Shown: positions 48,176 through 57,916, counted from the stretch's first letter. The stretch: 64,000 bases of DNA from Bacteroidota bacterium (GCA_039795225.1 JBDKEN010000001.1:21610-85609), one strand, 5' to 3'. Notes: a model not told the origin generated them from the sequence alone. Program-made: numbers and translations.

Positions 48176-50617
48176 ATGAGCGAATTGCCGATCAACTCCG
48201 TTCTGCCCGACATCTGCGACGTGCTTGCGCGGAATGTGCCGTGCATCCTTGAGGCGCCCCCTGGGGCGGGCAAAACGACGATGGTGCCGCTGGCGCTGAT
48301 CAACCAGGCGTGGCTGCAGGGCAAGAAGATCGTAATGCTCGAGCCACGGCGTCTGGCAGCGAAGGCTGCGGCGCGGCGGATGGCATCGCTGCTGGGAGAG
48401 CAGGTTGGACAGACCGTTGGCTACAGGATGCGCATGGAGTCGGCGATCAGTGAGGCCACGCGCATCGAAGTGGTGACCGAAGGCGTGCTTACACGACAGT
48501 TGGCGCGTGATCCAGAGCTACGTGGTGTTGGACTCGTGATCTTTGATGAGTTTCACGAGCGGTCGTTGAATGCTGATACGGGGCTTGCGCTCACGCTCAC
48601 AACACGTGCACTGCTCAGAAGCGACCTACACGTATTGGTGATGTCGGCAACAATTGGGTCGCTAAACTTTACGACGATCATGCCGGACGCCGAGCGCGTT
48701 ACGAGTCTCGGTCGGACATTCCCGGTCGAGACAACCTATCTGCGTAGTGCGTCTGACAAGCCCCTTCATGAACTCATGGCTGCCGCCGTGCGTGATGCTA
48801 TCCGCGATGACGCCGGCGATATTCTCTGTTTCTTACCGGGTCAGGCCGAAATCCGCCGCACGCAGGAGGTCCTTCTTGGTAGGCCCGAAGCGCTTGACGG
48901 TGCGGAGGTGATGATCCTGCATGGTGAGCTTGCGGCCGATGCGCAGGACGCTGTGCTGCGGCCCGCGTCGCGGATTCGGCGCGTGATCCTGTCGACGGCC
49001 ATTGCCGAAACATCGCTCACGATCGACGGCGTGCGGACAGTTATCGACGCTGGACGCTCGAGGGAGCCCCGTTTCGATCCACGATCGGGAATGACCCATC
49101 TGACAACGGTGAGTGTGTCAAGGGATGCTGCCGAACAACGTGCTGGGCGTGCAGGACGCACCGCAGCCGGACGCTGCATTCGGCTGTGGACGGAAAGGGA
49201 GCACGACCAGCTGCCGGAGCGCCGAACAAGTGAGATCCTTGTAGCCGACTGTTCGAGTCTGATTCTCGAGGTAGCCAGTTTTGGCGTGGAGATCTCGGAT
49301 CTGCCGTGGCTTGAGCAGCCCCCTGCCGGAAATGTAGCACAGGGACGTGAGCTCCTGCGTCAGCTGGGAGCACTCGATACGTCAAACAGCATCACTCCGC
49401 ACGGACGCGATTTGCTGCGCTATGGCACGCACCCGCGCATCGCCCATATGTTGGTGCGCTCGAGAGCGGTTGGTATCGAATGGGTCCGCGCATCAGGCAT
49501 TGCCGCTATCATCGGTGAGCGCGATCTCCTCAAAGGCGAGCGGTTGAGTGATGTACGCCGACGTCTTGATGTGTTGCAAGGGGCGAACGATCCGCACGCC
49601 GACCGTGCAGCCATTATGCACGCCCGCAAACGTCAGCAGGCGCTACGCAAGCCGCATGACGCATCGATTGAACGGCTGAGAGTTCCAGAGGATGACATCG
49701 AGGGAGTCCTCATTGCCCTTGCTTACCCCGAGCGCCTTGCACGCAGCAAAGGAGACGGACGATTCCTTCTTCGAAATGGTCGCAGTGTTACCATTATGCA
49801 GGCCGATCCACTGGCACGCTCCGAGTGGCTGGCCGTGGCGGACCTGGATGGAACAGCTGCCGAGCCGCGCATCTCCATAGCGGCCCCGCTCAGTCTCGAA
49901 AGCGTGCGAATAGTTTTTGCCGATGATTTCACGACACACGTTGAAACAGGTTGGAACGACCGTGATGGTCGTATTGTGGCGCGCACGGCAAGCATGCTCG
50001 GCGCAATCGTTGTTGAAACCAAAGCAAATGCCAATGCCGATCCACAGGATCTTGCAGCGGCATTTGCACGAGAGCTCGCACGACGCGGCATCGAGAGGAT
50101 GCCATGGGACGAACGGGCTCAGCGACTTCGTGATCGCATAACATTCACACGTCAGCATACGGGGGCCGAACTCCCCGAGATGTCTGACGAGATGCTGTCG
50201 CAATCCGTTGAGCAGTGGCTCGCACCGCATCTTATTGGGATGCGCTCACTTGCCGACCTGCAGAAGCTCGACCTGGTGCGCCTTCTTCAGGACATGCTCA
50301 CGCGCGAGCAGAGAACCCTTGTTGATCGATGTGCCCCCGAATTGTACAAGCCTCCCAAAGGCCGCGAGGTGGCCATTGATTACTCCAATCCTGATCAGCC
50401 CCTTGCCGCCGTCCGACTCCAGTTCATGCTCGGCGTTAAGCGCACTCCGACGGTGGCCAACGGTAACGTTCCACTCACTCTCGAGCTTCTTTCACCCGCC
50501 GACAGGCCCATCCAGAAGACTCGCGACCTCGCTGGCTTTTGGAGTGGGTCATATCAGTCGGTACGAAAGGAGATGAAGGGGCGGTATCCAAAGCACGACT
50601 GGCCCGAGACTCCGTAA
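48176..50617 (+). CDS. hrpB: ATP-dependent RNA helicase HrpB (DEAH-box)
   Basis: APPGAGKTT, VIFDEFHERSL, SATI, QRAGRAGR, and the HrpB-type C-terminal domain. Confidence 0.9.
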   Translation: MSELPINSVLPDICDVLARNVPCILEAPPGAGKTTMVPLALINQAWLQGKKIVMLEPRRLAAKAAARRMASLLGEQVGQTVGYRMRMESAISEATRIEVVTEGVLTRQLARDPELRGVGLVIFDEFHERSLNADTGLALTLTTRALLRSDLHVLVMSATIGSLNFTTIMPDAERVTSLGRTFPVETTYLRSASDKPLHELMAAAVRDAIRDDAGDILCFLPGQAEIRRTQEVLLGRPEALDGAEVMILHGELAADAQDAVLRPASRIRRVILSTAIAETSLTIDGVRTVIDAGRSREPRFDPRSGMTHLTTVSVSRDAAEQRAGRAGRTAAGRCIRLWTEREHDQLPERRTSEILVADCSSLILEVASFGVEISDLPWLEQPPAGNVAQGRELLRQLGALDTSNSITPHGRDLLRYGTHPRIAHMLVRSRAVGIEWVRASGIAAIIGERDLLKGERLSDVRRRLDVLQGANDPHADRAAIMHARKRQQALRKPHDASIERLRVPEDDIEGVLIALAYPERLARSKGDGRFLLRNGRSVTIMQADPLARSEWLAVADLDGTAAEPRISIAAPLSLESVRIVFADDFTTHVETGWNDRDGRIVARTASMLGAIVVETKANANADPQDLAAAFARELARRGIERMPWDERAQRLRDRITFTRQHTGAELPEMSDEMLSQSVEQWLAPHLIGMRSLADLQKLDLVRLLQDMLTREQRTLVDRCAPELYKPPKGREVAIDYSNPDQPLAAVRLQFMLGVKRTPTVANGNVPLTLELLSPADRPIQKTRDLAGFWSGSYQSVRKEMKGRYPKHDWPETP

Positions 50618-50670
50618 TGTTGCGGTGCGTAGATTGCGCCATTGATTCTCCGCACCAGAGGTCACGAAGT

Positions 50671-51885
50671 ATGTTTCGACACCTTCTCGTTCTTGTTCTC
50701 GGATTGGCTCTTGGTCAGTCCTTCGCTCTCGGGCAGGCCCGCCCATGGATCTATCGCAGCAACGTATTGCCAGGATCATCACCCGTGGTATGTAACGCGG
50801 CCGGTGGCATTGTTGTGTTTGACAAGATCGCAATGCGAACCATTGATCATGGATTCACGCTTGACACTGTGCGTGATCTTGATCAGGACATCTGCGCATT
50901 TGTTGACTTCCCGGGTGCAATCAGCTTTGCTGTGACCTACAGTAGTGCATCACGCACGGTCTGGTCGTATTTCTCGCAAGGTGGCAACTCATGGTCAAAG
51001 ATCGACTCTATGATGAACGTCGATCGACCAACGAGCATCGCAACATCGCAGACTGAATGGTTTATGGCAACGGAGAATGGTTCGACCATCTACCGCGTGG
51101 GAGAAACCTCCACGACCATCAAGGGTCCATCGTCCGAGCCTATCCGCCAACTCGTCCTCGTTGGCTCAATGCTCGTTGCCAATGTCAACGGTCAATCGAT
51201 CGCAACCTCAACAGACTTTGGTATGACCTGGAAGACGCTACCAGCAGAGGGCATCGGTCCAATGCATGTCCTCGACGGGAATGCGTACGTCGCCTCCACG
51301 CAAGGAGTCAAGAAGCTCGATGTTGATGCTGGTACATTGGTTCCTGTGGGTGTGTGGGCTGTTGCCTCACCCGGTGCCCCACTGACTCTTGACATCGATT
51401 CGTATCTCGGCCGGTTGTACTGCCTCGCGCTCGATGGGGCGTATCAGCTCTTTCAGCTCGATCCTGGAACAACATCATGGGTGCCAGTTGGTCAGCCCCT
51501 TCCCTGTCGCGCCGCTGCTGCAAGCCCTTCGATCATGACGATTGAATCTGGTTGGGCCGTTGCCGCCATCAATATCACTGAGGGCCAGAAGGACACGTCA
51601 GGGGTCTACGCATACGATTTGAATGATTTTTCATCGGTGCACGAGGGAGCAACGCGTGATACGTATCCATCGCGGATCATTGATCGGTCGACCACAGCAA
51701 TCGAGCTTGGCGTTGAAAATCCAACAGCACTCTTGATCGACCAGTCGGGCCGTACGGTCATGCAGTGCCCCCATCTTGGGGACGGGAGATATCAGCTTTC
51801 GGCAAGCACGCTTGCCGCTGGCGTCTATACCATCGTGACGCAGGACGCGCTGTCGCGAACCGTTCAACGTCTACTCGTGCCATAA
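50671..51885 (+). CDS. Secreted propeller-like protein with T9SS C-terminal domain (hypothetical)
   Basis: ATG at 50671 gives the signal MFRHLLVLVLGLALGQSFALGQ. One Asp-box-like STDFGMTW. C-terminal ...DGRYQLSASTLAAGVYTIVTQDALSRTVQRLLVP is CTD-like. Confidence 0.55.
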   Translation: MFRHLLVLVLGLALGQSFALGQARPWIYRSNVLPGSSPVVCNAAGGIVVFDKIAMRTIDHGFTLDTVRDLDQDICAFVDFPGAISFAVTYSSASRTVWSYFSQGGNSWSKIDSMMNVDRPTSIATSQTEWFMATENGSTIYRVGETSTTIKGPSSEPIRQLVLVGSMLVANVNGQSIATSTDFGMTWKTLPAEGIGPMHVLDGNAYVASTQGVKKLDVDAGTLVPVGVWAVASPGAPLTLDIDSYLGRLYCLALDGAYQLFQLDPGTTSWVPVGQPLPCRAAAASPSIMTIESGWAVAAINITEGQKDTSGVYAYDLNDFSSVHEGATRDTYPSRIIDRSTTAIELGVENPTALLIDQSGRTVMQCPHLGDGRYQLSASTLAAGVYTIVTQDALSRTVQRLLVP

Positions 51886-51903
51886 GCCAGGCTACGACGC
51901 ACC

Positions 51904-52230
51904 ATGGCGAAAGCTGCACTGAACGCTGCACAGCAGCGCATAATGACTCGCAAGCGACTCATTACGATTGTTGGTCTGACCCTTGCTGTGCTGGCCTTCA
52001 TTCTGTTTTCCAATTACGGTGTCGTTACACGACTATCGTTAATGAGTGAAACCTCCGATCTCGAGGGCCATGTCAATGAACTCCGCAGCACATCCGATAG
52101 TCTGCGACGTCAGATCAGAATCCTCGAGTCCGACAGTACCGAGATTGAACGTCTTGCCCGGGAACGATATGGATATGTGCGTCCAAACGAAGAAGTCTTC
52201 ATCATCAGCCGCGACACCGCAACACCATAA
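51904..52230 (+). CDS. ftsB: Septum formation initiator (FtsB/DivIC family)
   Basis: One TM segment, a coiled coil, and the family-typical ERLARERYGYVRPNEEVF. Confidence 0.7.
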   Translation: MAKAALNAAQQRIMTRKRLITIVGLTLAVLAFILFSNYGVVTRLSLMSETSDLEGHVNELRSTSDSLRRQIRILESDSTEIERLARERYGYVRPNEEVFIISRDTATP

Positions 52231-52694
52231 TGCGCGTCCGTAATTTCGCCATCATCATCCTGCTCTGTAGCAGTCTCTTTCTCAGTACTTCCTGTTCAAT
52301 CATGAGTTCACATTCCATCCGCCCCTTTACTGCTGCCAACGCTGCTGCTCCAATCGGTCCATACTCGCATGGCGTTGCCTGCTCCGGGAATCTTCTCTTC
52401 CTCAGTGGACAGATTCCACTCCGTGCTGATGGGACACTCGTAAGCGGTACAATCGCCGAAGAAACCCGTCAGGTGTTTGAGAACATCCGTACCATTCTCA
52501 CTTCGCAGGGTGCCGATCTGACATCGATTGTCAAGACCACCGTGTTCTTGAAGAACATGGATGACTTTGCCGAAATGAATGGTGTCTACGCGGAGCAGAT
52601 GGGTGATCACCGACCAGCACGCTCGGCCGTTGAAGTTGCTCGTCTGCCGAAAGATGTGCGCGTCGAGATCGAGGTCATCGCATGCGTGCCCTAA
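52230..52694 (+). CDS. ridA: RidA/YjgF-family reactive-intermediate deaminase (start ambiguous: 52230 with a signal-like extension, or 52302)
   Basis: APIGPYSHGV, LFLSGQIP, TTVFLKNMDDFAEMN, ARSAVEVARLPKDVRVEIE. The ATG at 52230 overlaps the ftsB stop (TAATG). Confidence 0.8.
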   Translation: MRVRNFAIIILLCSSLFLSTSCSIMSSHSIRPFTAANAAAPIGPYSHGVACSGNLLFLSGQIPLRADGTLVSGTIAEETRQVFENIRTILTSQGADLTSIVKTTVFLKNMDDFAEMNGVYAEQMGDHRPARSAVEVARLPKDVRVEIEVIACVP

Positions 52695-53203
52695 GGCACC
52701 TCGTCATGGTGCTCATGCTGCTCATGACGTCGGTCAGGGGGCTTGCACAATCTGCCGATACGACGTCGGCATTCACGCCGCTTGCTGGACCGACGAAATC
52801 TTCGACGACGGCCATTCTCTATTCCTTGGCCTTCCCAGGCTTGGGCCAGATCTACACCGAAAACTATTGGAAGGTCCCACTGTTTACGGGCGCGGCTGTG
52901 GCCACTGCCGTGCTGTTTGTTCGAAACAATGCTGATTTCGCAACAGCTGCGACCGCGTACGACGATGCCGTTGCGAATGGACTTGATGCAGCGACCACCA
53001 ACATCCTGCTTCGGCGTCGGGAGGCATTTCGTGACAATCGAGATCTGGCAGGGGTGTTCTTTCTGATAACCTATGCCCTAGCTGCTGTCGACTCCTACGT
53101 TGGAGCCGAGCTCTATCAGTTTGATACGGGAGAGAATCTCAGCCTATCGGCGGGTCCATCAGCCCGGAACCTCGTCGCCGTCAATCTCCGCCTGACGTGG
53201 TAA
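52682..53203 (+). CDS. DUF5683-domain protein
   Basis: Signal peptide, then ILYSLAFPGLGQIYTENYWKVPLF, the hallmark block of this FCB-group family (from memory). Confidence 0.7.
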   Translation: MRALRHLVMVLMLLMTSVRGLAQSADTTSAFTPLAGPTKSSTTAILYSLAFPGLGQIYTENYWKVPLFTGAAVATAVLFVRNNADFATAATAYDDAVANGLDAATTNILLRRREAFRDNRDLAGVFFLITYALAAVDSYVGAELYQFDTGENLSLSAGPSARNLVAVNLRLTW

Positions 53204-53205
53204 AG

Positions 53206-55146
53206 ATGCGCCCCCTATCTTTGCCAATGCTTTTTCGTATCGCCCTGCATCTCTCGGTAATCGGCACGCTGTGCGTGTCTGTGGCTGCCCAATCCTCGCT
53301 ATCGGAAACTCTGGGCCTGCGTCTCGGAGCTGGGTTGGCGTTTAGCCAGCATTCGGGACCATTTACACAGACAGCCGGGATGCTCGACTGTGAGCCGCTG
53401 TCATTTGGGGACGGATATGGACCAACGGGCCTCTTGGGTATTGAATTCCCCGTCTCTTCCTGGGGTATGCTGGGAATTGAGCTGGCCCTGACAAATCGAT
53501 CAGGGTCATTTTCACGAACCAATACCTACCCACTTCGCGACAGCATCACGGGCCAGGACGTGACGATGTCGACATTGTATACGCTCAACGCCACGCTGTC
53601 AAACGTCGATGTTGCGATGATGCTCCACATTCCCGTTATCGGAACTGCGCAACAACGACATCTTGGCTTGAGCGTTGGACCTCGGTTGGCCCTTCCGATG
53701 ACGGCAACATTTGAACAGCGTGAATCGGTAGTAAGTCCGGAGACCGCGGTGTTCTTTGTACAAGGTTCGCCCGTGCAGGAACGCCTGATACGCTCAGGTG
53801 CATTGCAGTCTCGCACTCCGTTGATGATTGCGTTATCGACAGGCTTGGAGTCATTGATAGCTCTTTCTGATCGACTCAGCCTCGTGCCCCGGTTGAGTGT
53901 TGACTACTTCGTGACTAATGTTGTTGGTGACGCCTCGTGGAAACAGATGTCGATTCGAGCAGATGCCTCGCTTCGCTTCTCGTTCAAGAAGACACCGCTG
54001 ATGCCACCTCCTCCGCCGCCGCCGGTCATCGTTGAGGCTCCACAAGCACCTGTGTATGCCCCACCGATCCTTGATCTATCCCCGCGTTCCTTTGTCGGTG
54101 AGATCGTCACCGGTAACGTCCTCAGGGCATCGATTCCCATCGTCAATGCCGTGTTCTTCGACAGTGCACGAGCCGACGTGCCACCATCGTACAAGGTGGC
54201 TGCTGATGGTTCGCAAATGAGCACTGATCCTGTTGATGCGCATGCCTGGATTCTACCGCGGATCGCCGCGATTATCGCCTCCAATCCACAGGCACGAATC
54301 ACACTTGAGGGTGCCACGAGTGGACCCGTGACGGAGCCTGAAGGCCTTGCGCTTGCCAAACGGCGAGCAGAATCGGTTCGCACCGCATTAGTTGGACTTG
54401 GCGTACCGTCATCATCGATCACCGTCAACTCCTCGCTTTCACCACGGATTACATCCAACGTCGACCTCCAAGGTGGACGTGAAGAGAACCGACGCGTCGA
54501 CATCATCGTCCAAAATGCACCGCTTCAACGGTTCGTACTGACGGAGGAATTTGCAGAGCTGCGCGGTACGGCTACGGTTGCCTCACGGTTCCAAGGTGGC
54601 CCTCCAGAGGCAACGCCGACAAGCCAGGTGATCACTGTAAACAGGCGCGATACAGTGGTTACAACGATGAATGCGACCGTCTCGATGCCGGTGGTTGTCC
54701 GACTTGACAATTCTGGTGAGCCCCCTGCCACCATTGCTGCGTCGTCATCAGCGGGCGGTCAGTATTCGGAGACGCAGCTACCAGTCCCAGCTGATAAGCT
54801 CACGAGGCGCAGAATTGCGCTGAGCACCGATGGCTTTGAAGCGATCCTTCGGTTCGACTACAACAGCGCAGAGCTCCTTGAAGACGTCAAGACACTGTTG
54901 CGTCAGCTCGCCGATCAGCTACCTGAAGGCTCAACGATCATGATCGAGGGAAGCACGGACATTCTCGGCTCACTGGAGCGGAACAAGCTTCTTTCCAACA
55001 ATCGTGCGGCGAACACCGAATCGTATATTCGGTCAATCACGACAAAGAAGTTTACGTTCTCGACCACGTCACAAGCATCGCCATTCAGTGACGCTACGCC
55101 ACAGGGACGATTCCTGAACCGCAACATCCGGATTCGCGTCCGGTAA
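53206..55146 (+). CDS. Outer-membrane protein: N-terminal beta-barrel-like domain, poly-Pro linker, two OmpA-like peptidoglycan-binding domains
   Basis: ATG at 53206 with a signal peptide. PPPPPPPV linker. OmpA-like blocks LALAKRRAESVRTALVGLGV...NRRVDI and LERNKLLSNNRAANTESYI...NRNIRIRV. Confidence 0.7.
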   Translation: MRPLSLPMLFRIALHLSVIGTLCVSVAAQSSLSETLGLRLGAGLAFSQHSGPFTQTAGMLDCEPLSFGDGYGPTGLLGIEFPVSSWGMLGIELALTNRSGSFSRTNTYPLRDSITGQDVTMSTLYTLNATLSNVDVAMMLHIPVIGTAQQRHLGLSVGPRLALPMTATFEQRESVVSPETAVFFVQGSPVQERLIRSGALQSRTPLMIALSTGLESLIALSDRLSLVPRLSVDYFVTNVVGDASWKQMSIRADASLRFSFKKTPLMPPPPPPPVIVEAPQAPVYAPPILDLSPRSFVGEIVTGNVLRASIPIVNAVFFDSARADVPPSYKVAADGSQMSTDPVDAHAWILPRIAAIIASNPQARITLEGATSGPVTEPEGLALAKRRAESVRTALVGLGVPSSSITVNSSLSPRITSNVDLQGGREENRRVDIIVQNAPLQRFVLTEEFAELRGTATVASRFQGGPPEATPTSQVITVNRRDTVVTTMNATVSMPVVVRLDNSGEPPATIAASSSAGGQYSETQLPVPADKLTRRRIALSTDGFEAILRFDYNSAELLEDVKTLLRQLADQLPEGSTIMIEGSTDILGSLERNKLLSNNRAANTESYIRSITTKKFTFSTTSQASPFSDATPQGRFLNRNIRIRVR

Positions 55147-55830
55147 TTAGCTCTCCTTTGGAGGCTCGAGAAGTCCCATCTGGCGCTTGAGTTCAAGCAG
55201 ATCCTGATCCACCTTACCCGAAGATGAGAGCTTTCTGAACTCTTCATCGAGCTGGGTGTTTTCGCCTGCTAGCTGCTCGAATGCCGAGGCCTCAGCCTCG
55301 AGCTTTTCAATCTTTGCTTCGTACTTGTCAAACTTGCTGAAGGCATCCGTGCCAATGCCCGCAGCAGACTTTGCGATTTGGGCTTGTGCCTTGGCTGCTT
55401 GTGAGCGAGCGATCAGCGTACTCTGACGTGAGCGCGCCTCATCAAGCTTGCGCTTGATACCGTCGAGCTGCTCACGAATCTTTGCCGTTGTCACGCGTGC
55501 CTGTTCATGCGTCGGCATAAGCTCGGCGACATTCTTGTCGGCAATTGCCTTCTTTTCCAGGGCAGCACGCGCGAGATCTTCACGACCAGCATTGATTGCC
55601 TGCATTGCCTTCTCCTGCCAGCTAGCGCTTTCGGCCTTCTGTGCGGCAATCCGCTTCTCGAGGCTTCGCTCATTGGCGATGGCATTTGCAACGGCCAGCG
55701 TCGTCTGGTTGACCGATTCCTCCATGTCGAGAACGGCCTGCTTGAGCATTTTCTCCGGGTCCTCCGCGCGGTCAAGCGCGTCGTTGGCTCCGGCGCGGAA
55801 CAGATCGGCGATGCGAGAAAAGATACCCAT
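55147..55830 (-). CDS. pspA: PspA/IM30-family membrane-stress protein
   Basis: ATG at 55830 (MGIFSRIADLFRAGANDALDRAEDPEKMLKQAVLDMEE), all-helical coiled coil of 227 aa. Confidence 0.85.
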   Translation of the reverse strand: MGIFSRIADLFRAGANDALDRAEDPEKMLKQAVLDMEESVNQTTLAVANAIANERSLEKRIAAQKAESASWQEKAMQAINAGREDLARAALEKKAIADKNVAELMPTHEQARVTTAKIREQLDGIKRKLDEARSRQSTLIARSQAAKAQAQIAKSAAGIGTDAFSKFDKYEAKIEKLEAEASAFEQLAGENTQLDEEFRKLSSSGKVDQDLLELKRQMGLLEPPKES

Positions 55831-55931
55831 GAAAAGCCCCTTCCAAGATTCAGCAAACAACTGCAGACCGTGAACGAAGTACGGACCGTTTTGTTTGACG
55901 AAAATACAGCAGTCAGGGGGCTCGTCGGTGG

Positions 55932-55939
55932 TATTTTTG
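55932..55939 (+). promoter_or_regulatory. -7 box TATTTTTG, 4 nt before the recR ATG
   Basis: Exact TAnnTTTG: TATTTTTG CGTC ATG. Confidence 0.4.
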
Positions 55940-55943
55940 CGTC

Positions 55944-56537
55944 ATGCTCCCCTCAGAATCCATTGAACGCGTTGTTGAGCTCTTTGCCTCACTGCCAACC
56001 ATCGGAAAGAAAACAGCGCGTCGATTAGCGTTTCACCTCCTTCGCCAAAGCCCACACGAGGTAGAGCAGTTTGCCTCTGCATTGATCGACATGCGCTCGC
56101 GCGTGAGAGAATGCTCCGTCTGTCACACCTTTACCGATGCTGAGACGTGTGGCATCTGCCTGTCTCCGAAACGAGGCACAACGGTAATCTGCGTTGTTGA
56201 GCAGCCTTCAGATGTGATGGCAATTGAGCGAACCGGCGACTTCCGCGGACGGTATCATGTTCTCCACGGGGCGTTAAGTCCGCTCGACGGTATTGGTCCA
56301 GAAGATATACGTCTTAAGGAACTCGTCGCCCGCATGACGTCAGAGGTGGAAGAGGTAATTCTTGCCCTGAACCCCAACGTCGAGGGTGAAGTCACCACAC
56401 AATACATCGCAAAGCTTGCCACACCGCTTGGTGTAAAGGTCACACGCATCGCTCGTGGAGTGCCGATGGGGTCCGATCTGGAGTTTGCAGACGATGCAAC
56501 ACTTGCACGCGCGTTTGAGGGTCGTACACCGGTATGA
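55944..56537 (+). CDS. recR: Recombination protein RecR
   Basis: LPTIGKKTARRLAFHLL helix-hairpin-helix, C4 zinc finger CSVCHTFTDAETCGIC, Toprim domain. Confidence 0.9.
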   Translation: MLPSESIERVVELFASLPTIGKKTARRLAFHLLRQSPHEVEQFASALIDMRSRVRECSVCHTFTDAETCGICLSPKRGTTVICVVEQPSDVMAIERTGDFRGRYHVLHGALSPLDGIGPEDIRLKELVARMTSEVEEVILALNPNVEGEVTTQYIAKLATPLGVKVTRIARGVPMGSDLEFADDATLARAFEGRTPV

Positions 56538-57292
56538 CATCGCCCCAATTGGAGTCGACAACCCCATGGTATGCCTCGTGGTTCGAGTCACCATGGTACA
56601 TGCAATTGTACCGACATCGGGGTGAAGCCGAGGCGCGTCAGGTTGTGCAGCTCATTGATCACACCATGCACATCCCGCATGATGCCGAGATTCTCGACCT
56701 CTGTTGTGGCTTTGGTCGACATACCATCGCCCTTGCCGAGCGTGGCTACCGCGTAACCGGACTTGATTACTCACAGCACCTGATCAACTATGCTCGTGAA
56801 TACAACGCCCATCCGAATGCGACGTACGTTGTTGGAGACATTCGGGGACCGTACCCATCGAGATCATACGCCCTAATCGCCAATTTGTTTACGAGTTTCG
56901 GGTACTTTGATTCGCATGACGACCATCAACAAGTGTTTCATACGATGCGTGATCATTTGGCTCCTGGAGGTCGGCTGGTGATGGATTTCCTGAACAGCAC
57001 CGTTCTGCGCTCGACGCTGGTTCCGGAATCATTGTCAATGATCGGTGAAACGACGGTTATCCAAGAGCGCTGGATTGACGAGCCATTTGTGCGCAAGACG
57101 ATTACGATCAATGTGCCATGCCAGGCCGAGCACACCTTCGAAGAGCGTGTCTGGCTCTACTCGCCCGAGGATCTTCGTTCGATGATGGAGACGGCCGGAC
57201 TGCACGTGGTTCGTGCGTTCGGCGCATACGACGGTAGTCCGTTTGTTGCAGATCAATCGCAACGGATCATCCTGATAGCTGAGGCCGAATGA
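56534..57292 (+). CDS. Class I SAM-dependent methyltransferase
   Basis: ILDLCCGFGRH motif I and LAPGGRLVMDF. ATGA overlap with recR. Confidence 0.75.
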   Translation: MTSPQLESTTPWYASWFESPWYMQLYRHRGEAEARQVVQLIDHTMHIPHDAEILDLCCGFGRHTIALAERGYRVTGLDYSQHLINYAREYNAHPNATYVVGDIRGPYPSRSYALIANLFTSFGYFDSHDDHQQVFHTMRDHLAPGGRLVMDFLNSTVLRSTLVPESLSMIGETTVIQERWIDEPFVRKTITINVPCQAEHTFEERVWLYSPEDLRSMMETAGLHVVRAFGAYDGSPFVADQSQRIILIAEAE

Positions 57293-57882
57293 TTCGCCCC
57301 CTCCTCAAGATCCTTCTGCTTGGTTGGACTCTCCTTGTAGGGGGCTGTGCAACGCGCACACCAGAAGAGCCATCTGGAGACCGTGGAACCTACGAGCCAC
57401 CGACGAGTCCGCTCATCGTGATCGATAATCTTCGCAACGCCGTCATCGAAAAGAACACGCAGAACTTTATGCTCTGCTTGGCTGATCCGACGCGGAGCTC
57501 CGTGCCCTACGGCTTTGAACCATCTGCTGAAGTCGGTGCGCGCTATCAAGCCGTTTTTAGCTCGTGGTCCATCGACAAGGAGCGACAGGCTTTTCTGAGC
57601 ATGACCAGTAGACTCGCCCTCGACCAGCGACCAAGCTTGATTTTCTCGAATACGCAGGTCGCGTTCTCCTCTCCCGATTCCCTGGTCTGGGTAAGTGATT
57701 ATGAGCTTCGTGCTCAGCTTAACATCTCCACCCTCCCATCACTCTTGACCGGTACATTGGCACTGACCATTACCCCAGAACGAAGCGGGTTATGGAGTAT
57801 TTCTCGCTGGCGTGACGCGAAGCGACCAGGCGACACCGTCGAATCGACCTGGTCGCTCCTGAAAGGTCAGCTCTCAAACTAA
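57289..57882 (+). CDS. Lipoprotein of unknown function
   Basis: MIRPLLKILLLGWTLLVGGCATR signal plus lipobox. ATGA overlap with the upstream gene. Confidence 0.55.
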   Translation: MIRPLLKILLLGWTLLVGGCATRTPEEPSGDRGTYEPPTSPLIVIDNLRNAVIEKNTQNFMLCLADPTRSSVPYGFEPSAEVGARYQAVFSSWSIDKERQAFLSMTSRLALDQRPSLIFSNTQVAFSSPDSLVWVSDYELRAQLNISTLPSLLTGTLALTITPERSGLWSISRWRDAKRPGDTVESTWSLLKGQLSN

Positions 57883-57895
57883 CCCTCCGTCACGC

Positions 57896-57915
57896 CGACC
57901 AACTATGGTTGGTCG
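57896..57915. terminator. Hairpin between convergent gene ends (8-bp stem CGACCAAC/GTTGGTCG, loop TATG)
   Basis: Lies between the stop at 57882 (+) and the stop at 57917 (-). No clear U-tract on either strand. Confidence 0.3.
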
Positions 57916-57916
57916 A

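Noticed and set aside
5560-55931. A -33 (TTTG) element partnering the start-proximal TAnnTTTG-like boxes.
   Set aside because: I found no consistently spaced TTTG/TTG 17-23 nt upstream of the boxes I checked (kynA, recR, 24637), so only the downstream box is reported and with low confidence.
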